In this document: piece by piece, positions 59,401 through 64,000 of the stretch
How positions within the stretch are numbered: position 1 is the first letter of the stretch
Layout of the letters: each line of letters starts with the position of its first letter
Source: an uncultured Alphaproteobacteria bacterium
GTDB lineage: Bacteria > Pseudomonadota > Alphaproteobacteria > Rs-D84
NCBI GenBank assembly: GCA_944389645.1
Contig: CALXMZ010000023.1
Span: 7,445-71,444, forward strand
Direction of reading: 5' to 3'
DNA: 64,000 bases
Translations under genes and position numbers: made by a program
The notes under the pieces: model-generated
What the model was told of the DNA's origin: nothing
Databases searched by the model: none
What the model saw: only the letters and a program-made list of their open reading frames with translations

Positions 59401-59573
59401 GTGGTGTATTAACTTGGGGAATTACCAATACTATTCAAGAATCAAAATTAGATTCCGCAGAGCGTGCCGCAATAGATGAATGGATGGCCAATGTCGGTAA
59501 TCATATACGTTGCTACATCGGAGCAGATGAAATCGGAGTATATGGTGATACCATAAGTACAAGTATGGAATAA
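56460..59573 (+). CDS. large secreted cysteine-rich protein (about 1037 aa) with an internal 94-aa tandem repeat and two glycine-zipper hydrophobic segments
   Basis: Signal peptide ...CSALPEAFA. Repeats ECIDAYTSCLKGSDVCGNDFEECT... and TCVKRYTSCLTKSDVCGSDFELCT.... GTVGGTVGGAYLG and GVGAAVGGVLGGVL segments. Confidence 0.7.
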   Translation: MSLLKKTIGFLAVCSALPEAFALTARPSVIGNASMRMPTMTAYNSGSTSSTTTSNLLENSECIDAYTSCLKGSDVCGNDFEECTNKTLFFSKRPLCSSTLLQCSTSGINALFGTSNQTLFANKDSDDEYVYPTDGSVLGQLIEAASISNRYDTSTCVKRYTSCLTKSDVCGSDFELCTSNTEFKKQKLFCESTLARCQSEGIQELFGTTSTASNPTSNSRIGIMISEGAALAAVNAVSTCYKVIDQCFLNACATNPYKCKEGSSQEIIKYVENVNNTDGTLISTATNDLVQTTISRNEVSGFIKNSCLDTIGSNKYCYATFLGNGVMPSNAQLRDADNQDEIYSEAYSSRMNDSMRAKIDDLIEQFDKKVKERCSETIVSCAMRACGEGSGAACYASAFNSANKVKGVTNPSTMEGIKLGCEASVNNDTACQYAAATFDTATGALIFEENSLFDKLFTAPDDTDAKNPDPVGAVATLNARLSTSYNQAALDQMKKQCQSIATSCVKSMCGTDYQNCYRNRTDIYSTLTNTGNDNFDKSMNKVGGVLDHTIVLGLCLNTVKNNSVCEEHIKAEMARSSANSSYNVNSWGSGITSAREGWLDAGNYSITAEVQDIDADGNLLCTTAENGDGVEGRCDDASGQYIYPKMVSQTTYAENLAERQVFRDLISDLEMEAQAKYNAKLTKQQNMCMSGNAGGIIGNKDMGSTYMWVKLKNNKIPSNYTVNGLTSDSFVASNDLYGSFCRIRITIQSDDKTIQEAIRAGTDWATAYFAAGDSFTCGSWIPASVLNTLSQSVGDAARADAKDSQVRALQWIMPLIGTVGGTVGGAYLGSGIQQGKILSGLTGKSNNSNSSNVNKETLSKNCQDSLTEAKSNANSGDINTLNRNTQLAVAYAKELGVHQDYLNDLTTAYTKMSSVYNNQGEMKDDEYSKAKEDAKTDYLNKLEDLNSQCKIYAISEDSSNKDDKQHKVATGVGAAVGGVLGGVLTWGITNTIQESKLDSAERAAIDEWMANVGNHIRCYIGADEIGVYGDTISTSME

Positions 59574-59593
59574 TTGATCTTTAGCTAGGAAAG

Positions 59594-59619
59594 AAAAACC
59601 GCCTTTAAAGGCGGTTTTT
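59594..59619. terminator. hairpin terminator with A-run/T-run flanks (potentially bidirectional)
   Basis: aaaaaccgcctttaaaggcggttttt. Confidence 0.65.
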
Positions 59620-61405
59620 ATCTATATCCACGTGAATTTAATTTATTCTTTAAGAAATTTATTTTAGCAATAATCGTATTATAGTTTGGGGTTTTATAAA
59701 ATAGATTTTTTGAAATTTCGTCAATTATTTTATATACCTGTTTTGAAGAATAATTGTTTAATATGAAGTATAAATCTTCCCAAGATTGATATAAAATCGT
59801 GTTCAATATTTTCTTTTCTTCGGTTTTTCTGTTATAAGCTTTTTTATTTATCGTGATTGCACCTACGTCTATTATTGTGTTGCCAAAGCGATTACGAATT
59901 TCATTAAAGTCGTACAGACTAAAAAATTTAAACTGCATAAAATAATTTTCTGGTATTTTATCAATTTTACCATATACATATGGTTGTATTATATATCTTT
60001 CACCTCGTTGTGTGCTAATCCCTGCAGTAAAGATTTTATTGAATTTTATTTTCCCCATATATTTTTTCCCAGATAATAAAAAGGAATTTTGAGTTATTGT
60101 ATCATGTGCCCATGTACTTATATATTGATTATCTCTATCAGAATGATAAGTTTTCCACACATACTTTTGACCGTTTATAAATTTTATTACATAATTTTTT
60201 GTAAAGTTTCCAGAAGATAGATATTCTATCTTTGCTTTCTTTCCCGTGATTTTTAATATATCCGCTTCTAATTTTTCTATTGCTTTTTTTACGCAGTCAA
60301 TAGTGTGCAAATTATTTTCTGTTGTATAAGTTTTTATACTGGCTCTGCGAAAAGCTTGGTGTAAATCGGTGGTCGCTTTTTTTATATTAGAGCTAGGCAA
60401 TCCTTTTAACCATTCGTATGGAAAGCAGCCGGGGTTTTGGTAACCTTGAAAAGCCATTTCAGATAGTTCCATAAAGCTTACCGGATGTCTCTTTAGCAGG
60501 TGCGTTGTTTTTTTCTTTACTTCTGTATAAGATTTGTTTCGTGAAAAAATCTTTTTTATTAATTTCTCAATGGAAACACCATGTAATTCAAAAGTATCAA
60601 TGCTTGCATAAGGGTATTTGGATAGCATAAAGTCAAGATTTTTTATAACTACAGGTAATATCTTTGTATAGTTTCGTAATTTTTCTCTGGTTATATTGTT
60701 AATTTTGTTTTCTTCCGATAATGTTGCATTTAAAGAGTTAAATAGGATGTTTTCTATTCTATAAATATGCTTAAATTTCTCGTGTTTTGTTTTATAAAGC
60801 CATAAATGGTGTTTAAATTCATTAATTATAATATCTTTTTTGGCTTTGTTGATAGCTTCTCTTAAAGATAACCCTGTATATGTAAAATCTTTTATTTTTA
60901 TTGCATAATAAGTGCTACCACAGATATCTGTCTTATTAAAGTTTAAACGTTGTAATTCAATTATATTAATTCCGAATAAAGTACGTTTTGATTTTTCATA
61001 AAAACACATGTTTGCATATTTACCTATATTAAAAGTTTTTTGTCCGTTTTCTGTGTTTTTTATGATTGTCTTTAAATTGTTCGTTGCGAAAGGAGACCAC
61101 AATAAAATACTGCACCAATTACTTGGTATTTGTATTTTTTTTACATTAAAACAATTTGAGAAGGCATCGGAATTTACGTTTTTTATAGTTTCTCCGAAGA
61201 ATATTTCTTCTAGATTATGATTGTTGCAAAATACTTTATTTGATATTTCTGTTAAAGAATCTGGGAAAAAAATTTTTTTTAAGTTTTGTAAACCTTCGCC
61301 TACATTAGGAGAAATGCTTTTTACCGTATTTGGAATATAAAGTTCACCATCTTTCGTGAGATCTGAATCATTTATTGATATAAGAACGCCATTTTCTATT
61401 ATCAT
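59618..61405 (-). CDS. hypothetical protein with N-terminal BspA-type leucine-rich repeats; very low GC
   Basis: YIPNTVKSISPNVGEGLQNLKKIFFPDSLTEISNKVFCNNHNLEEIFFGETIKNVNSDAFSNCFNVKKIQIP. 595 aa, no signal peptide, K/N/I-rich. Confidence 0.6.
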   Translation of the reverse strand: MIIENGVLISINDSDLTKDGELYIPNTVKSISPNVGEGLQNLKKIFFPDSLTEISNKVFCNNHNLEEIFFGETIKNVNSDAFSNCFNVKKIQIPSNWCSILLWSPFATNNLKTIIKNTENGQKTFNIGKYANMCFYEKSKRTLFGINIIELQRLNFNKTDICGSTYYAIKIKDFTYTGLSLREAINKAKKDIIINEFKHHLWLYKTKHEKFKHIYRIENILFNSLNATLSEENKINNITREKLRNYTKILPVVIKNLDFMLSKYPYASIDTFELHGVSIEKLIKKIFSRNKSYTEVKKKTTHLLKRHPVSFMELSEMAFQGYQNPGCFPYEWLKGLPSSNIKKATTDLHQAFRRASIKTYTTENNLHTIDCVKKAIEKLEADILKITGKKAKIEYLSSGNFTKNYVIKFINGQKYVWKTYHSDRDNQYISTWAHDTITQNSFLLSGKKYMGKIKFNKIFTAGISTQRGERYIIQPYVYGKIDKIPENYFMQFKFFSLYDFNEIRNRFGNTIIDVGAITINKKAYNRKTEEKKILNTILYQSWEDLYFILNNYSSKQVYKIIDEISKNLFYKTPNYNTIIAKINFLKNKLNSRGYR

Positions 61406-61517
61406 GAATAGGAATTTTAGACATGTTTTTTATTTTGTCAATTATTTTTTTGTGCTTTTTTAATTTTTAACTTTTGTATATATTTTTTTTGTGTTAGAAT
61501 TAATTTTAAGAGAGAAT

Positions 61518-63494
61518 ATGAAAAAGCTTAATAGAGTTTTATTACTGTTTTTGTATTTATTGTCGGTTGATGCATTTGCCGATCCTGTTTCTACGACTCT
61601 TGGAAGCAATTTGACTGCGTATAATCCTACTTCTGGTTCAATAAACAACACAAATTGGAATAATTTTGTGAATGCTCGTTCTTCTGGTAGTTCAGCAAGT
61701 GCCCCAACTGCAGATTTTAGTAATTGTAATTCATTGATATTGCGCTGTACGCAACCGAAGTGTGCAAATGGTGGTTGTACGTCTATGGAAATTGCGCGCC
61801 CAATTGTATCTGGTTGTGTTGAGTCTAATGAAGCATGCAAAGAATATGGTGTTCAGTTGGTAGAAACGATCGCGGCGCAGTTGGTTGCAAATTCTACTGC
61901 AAAAGCAAATCAGAAGGTTGCAGAAGCTCAGGTCGCTGCGGCACAGGCTTCGGCACAGCAAAGTGCCCAACAGTTGCAACAAATGCAGACGCAGATGCAG
62001 CAAATGCAGGCCCAAATGCAACAACAAAGTGCCGAAACTGCGGCTCAATTACAGGCCGCATTAGCAGAACAGCAACAGTTAACGGCTCAGGCTATTGCTC
62101 AAGCTAACACTGCCGCACAGTCTGCATCTTTAAGTTCTGGTTCTTCGAAAAATTCTGGTGGTTTAGTTTCTGATAGTATAAATCAGATTTCTGATTTGAC
62201 GGGGGTTTCTGCCGATGCTTTATTGCGTGAACAGGTGTCTGGTGAAATATTAGCAAAAATAGAAAATGCAGAAGTTAATTTAAAAAAAGTTGAAGAATCT
62301 ATGAAAGATGCTTTTAATTATGCCGGTTGCGATTCTTCAGGTAATAATTGCACAGGACCGAAAAGAGTCAAAACGTTTAAGCAAAAAGCTATGAATTTTT
62401 TTGATCCGTATAATGCAGTTTTAGACGAATTATATGATGCATTAATTTTGGCTCAAACAGTTGGTGTTGATATTACCGATATTTATATGATGTTAAACGG
62501 AACTTGTAACGTTTGGGGACAGTATTTATGTGATGAAGGGCAGGTTATGCATTATAACAATGACAATTGCATAAATGGTCGTTCTGTTAATGTCACAACC
62601 GTAGAAGGGACTGTTCGTGGCGGTGCAGAATGTACTGTCGGGCAAGTCGTGCCTATGTCTGATGGTGGTTGTCAGTTGATAAAGATGTTAACTGATGAAG
62701 CAGAAGTAGAGCGTAATTGGTTGAATCCGAAAGGAGATGAAGATGGGGTACAAATCCGTGTAGGTTGTGCATCAGAATCGCTGGATAATTCAACATTGTT
62801 CCGTAATCGCAAGAAGCAGGCATCTATTGATATAGAGGTTTTGCAGCGTATGATAGAGCAAGATGCACCTTCTGTATTTGGTGGTGATCGCTTCGGACGA
62901 AATAAAAGTGCGAATCCAGATGGCGTAAAATATTGCGCTGTTGGATCTAATAGATATCAAGATTTACAAAAGAATGTTGCTTTAAAGACTTTACCGCAAG
63001 TCATATGTGTGGCAGATTCTGAGTTAGAATCAATTTATAATGAAGATACTTTGTTGACAAGTGTTAGTACAAGCTCAAAAACAAGTGTTTATAGTATATG
63101 CGGAAATTTAAGTAATAATAATTATAAGTATGATAAATGCATTTGTAACAACAGTCCTGACAAAAACTATACTCGTTGGGACGAAGGAAGTAATTCATGT
63201 AAGTGTAGTGGTGATAAATATGTTAATTTTGATATAGATTTGGCAAGGTGTGTTGATAAAAATGGTAAAACTCGCGCAGACGAGACGCGTTTGGAAGATA
63301 TAAGTTCTGTTGCAAACAAAAATTATTATTATGTACCGGAAAAAGCCTTTTTGATAGATTTCTGTTGGGATTATGAGAAATACGGTGCAAAATGGGATGA
63401 AAGCACTTCCTCGTGTGATTGTAGCGGGATATCAGAAGATAGGGTAAGATTAGTGTGTGAAAAACAAACATCTAGTGATTCTGCGAATAAATAG
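61518..63494 (+). CDS. secreted Cys-rich protein with a Q/A-rich coiled-coil segment; paralogous N-terminus to the 56460 protein
   Basis: Signal peptide MKKLNRVLLLFLYLLSVDAFA. LTAYNP compares with MTAYNS in 56460. AQQLQQMQTQMQQMQAQMQQQ low-complexity stretch; many Cys. Confidence 0.7.
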   Translation: MKKLNRVLLLFLYLLSVDAFADPVSTTLGSNLTAYNPTSGSINNTNWNNFVNARSSGSSASAPTADFSNCNSLILRCTQPKCANGGCTSMEIARPIVSGCVESNEACKEYGVQLVETIAAQLVANSTAKANQKVAEAQVAAAQASAQQSAQQLQQMQTQMQQMQAQMQQQSAETAAQLQAALAEQQQLTAQAIAQANTAAQSASLSSGSSKNSGGLVSDSINQISDLTGVSADALLREQVSGEILAKIENAEVNLKKVEESMKDAFNYAGCDSSGNNCTGPKRVKTFKQKAMNFFDPYNAVLDELYDALILAQTVGVDITDIYMMLNGTCNVWGQYLCDEGQVMHYNNDNCINGRSVNVTTVEGTVRGGAECTVGQVVPMSDGGCQLIKMLTDEAEVERNWLNPKGDEDGVQIRVGCASESLDNSTLFRNRKKQASIDIEVLQRMIEQDAPSVFGGDRFGRNKSANPDGVKYCAVGSNRYQDLQKNVALKTLPQVICVADSELESIYNEDTLLTSVSTSSKTSVYSICGNLSNNNYKYDKCICNNSPDKNYTRWDEGSNSCKCSGDKYVNFDIDLARCVDKNGKTRADETRLEDISSVANKNYYYVPEKAFLIDFCWDYEKYGAKWDESTSSCDCSGISEDRVRLVCEKQTSSDSANK

Positions 63495-63537
63495 AGAAAT
63501 TACAGGTAGCATGGCTATAAAGTTGGAATTAGGTAAA

Positions 63538-64000
63538 TGAAGTGTATAAATAAAATTTTTTCTGGTTTAAATATGCGAACTTCTGCGGTAGGGGGGGTAT
63601 TAAGTATTATTTTGAGTATAAGTGCACAGGCTGCAACAGATAATGGTTGTTCTATTAGCGGAAATGATCGTATTAACCCAGAAATAACTTTATGTAGTAC
63701 TCATGTGTATAATATTGGCGACGTTAAAAATCCCAGTAATGATGCAGATAAACAATTAATACGTGATGTTGTCGCGTTAAAATCAACTATAATGACTCAG
63801 CAATTAAAAAAGCAGTATGACTTTTTAGAAGCTACTATAAGTCGTTTTAAAACACAGTTACGTAAGGCAATTCTTTTGTCACAGTTAGAAGCAGCAGGTG
63901 CAACCACGTCTTCTTCTTCAAGCAGTTCTGCTTCTAGCGATAAAAATGTTGTTTTGAGCGGGGCAGAAAACTGTTTCTTAGAAACAACGCCTTCGAACGG
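63538..64000 (+). CDS. secreted Cys-containing protein, 3'-partial (runs off the window end)
   Basis: ATG with AGGT RBS; signal peptide ...SISAQAA; open frame to the end of the window; a serine run. Confidence 0.55.

Noticed and set aside
59618-61405. C-terminal part of the LRR protein, considered as a protein-kinase-like domain (YVIKF..HSDRDN..DVG)
   Set aside because: The motif spacing is incompatible with a kinase fold, since the catalytic-loop-like motif is only about 15 aa after the putative Lys. There is no support.
1-64000. Search for IS elements or transposases, integrases, prophage genes, CRISPR arrays, rRNA genes, and tmRNA/RNase P/SRP RNA
   Set aside because: No ORF with transposase or integrase motifs was found. 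No repeat-spacer arrays and no rRNA-like conserved blocks were seen. No additional tRNA-like GTTCGA T-loops were found outside the two tRNAs.

Overview
Organism guess (inference from the sequence only): an AT-rich (~35% GC), gene-dense chromosomal segment whose gene set, gene order and eukaryote-like genes suggest an obligate intracellular alphaproteobacterium (Rickettsiales/Holosporales-like). Coordinates 1-50,000 are mostly core housekeeping genes. These are accC (5'-partial), sspB, recF, a TolC-MacA-MacB-like tripartite efflux set, gpsA, rsmG, parAB, pal, infC, xseB, mutS, truB-rpsO-pnp, ybaB, rlmN-surA-lptD-lptF/G, nusA-infB, der, bamB-yfgM, rpoH, rsmE, fabZ-lpxD-skp and dnaX. They are punctuated by two tRNAs (Cys-GCA, Val-UAC), many symmetric hairpin terminators with A-run/T-run flanks (so potentially bidirectional), and a few low-GC accessory insertions: a lone radical-SAM gene, a secreted HExxH protein, and an orphan VirD4/TraG-type coupling protein. 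The last ~16 kb (about 47.3-64 kb) looks like a host-interaction/accessory region. It holds a bona fide small type IV pilin translationally coupled to an OmpA-like lipoprotein. It also holds a tight operon of three paralogous giant (400-450 aa) proteins with prepilin-type N-termini, followed by a zinc-ribbon membrane protein and a PQ-repeat secreted protein. After that comes a family of large cysteine-rich secreted paralogues, interrupted by a very low-GC BspA-type leucine-rich-repeat gene. No CRISPR array, transposase/IS element or rRNA gene was seen. The most novel-looking item is the giant pilin-like triad (LNMGG-motif family) with no pilus-assembly ATPase, platform or secretin in the window.
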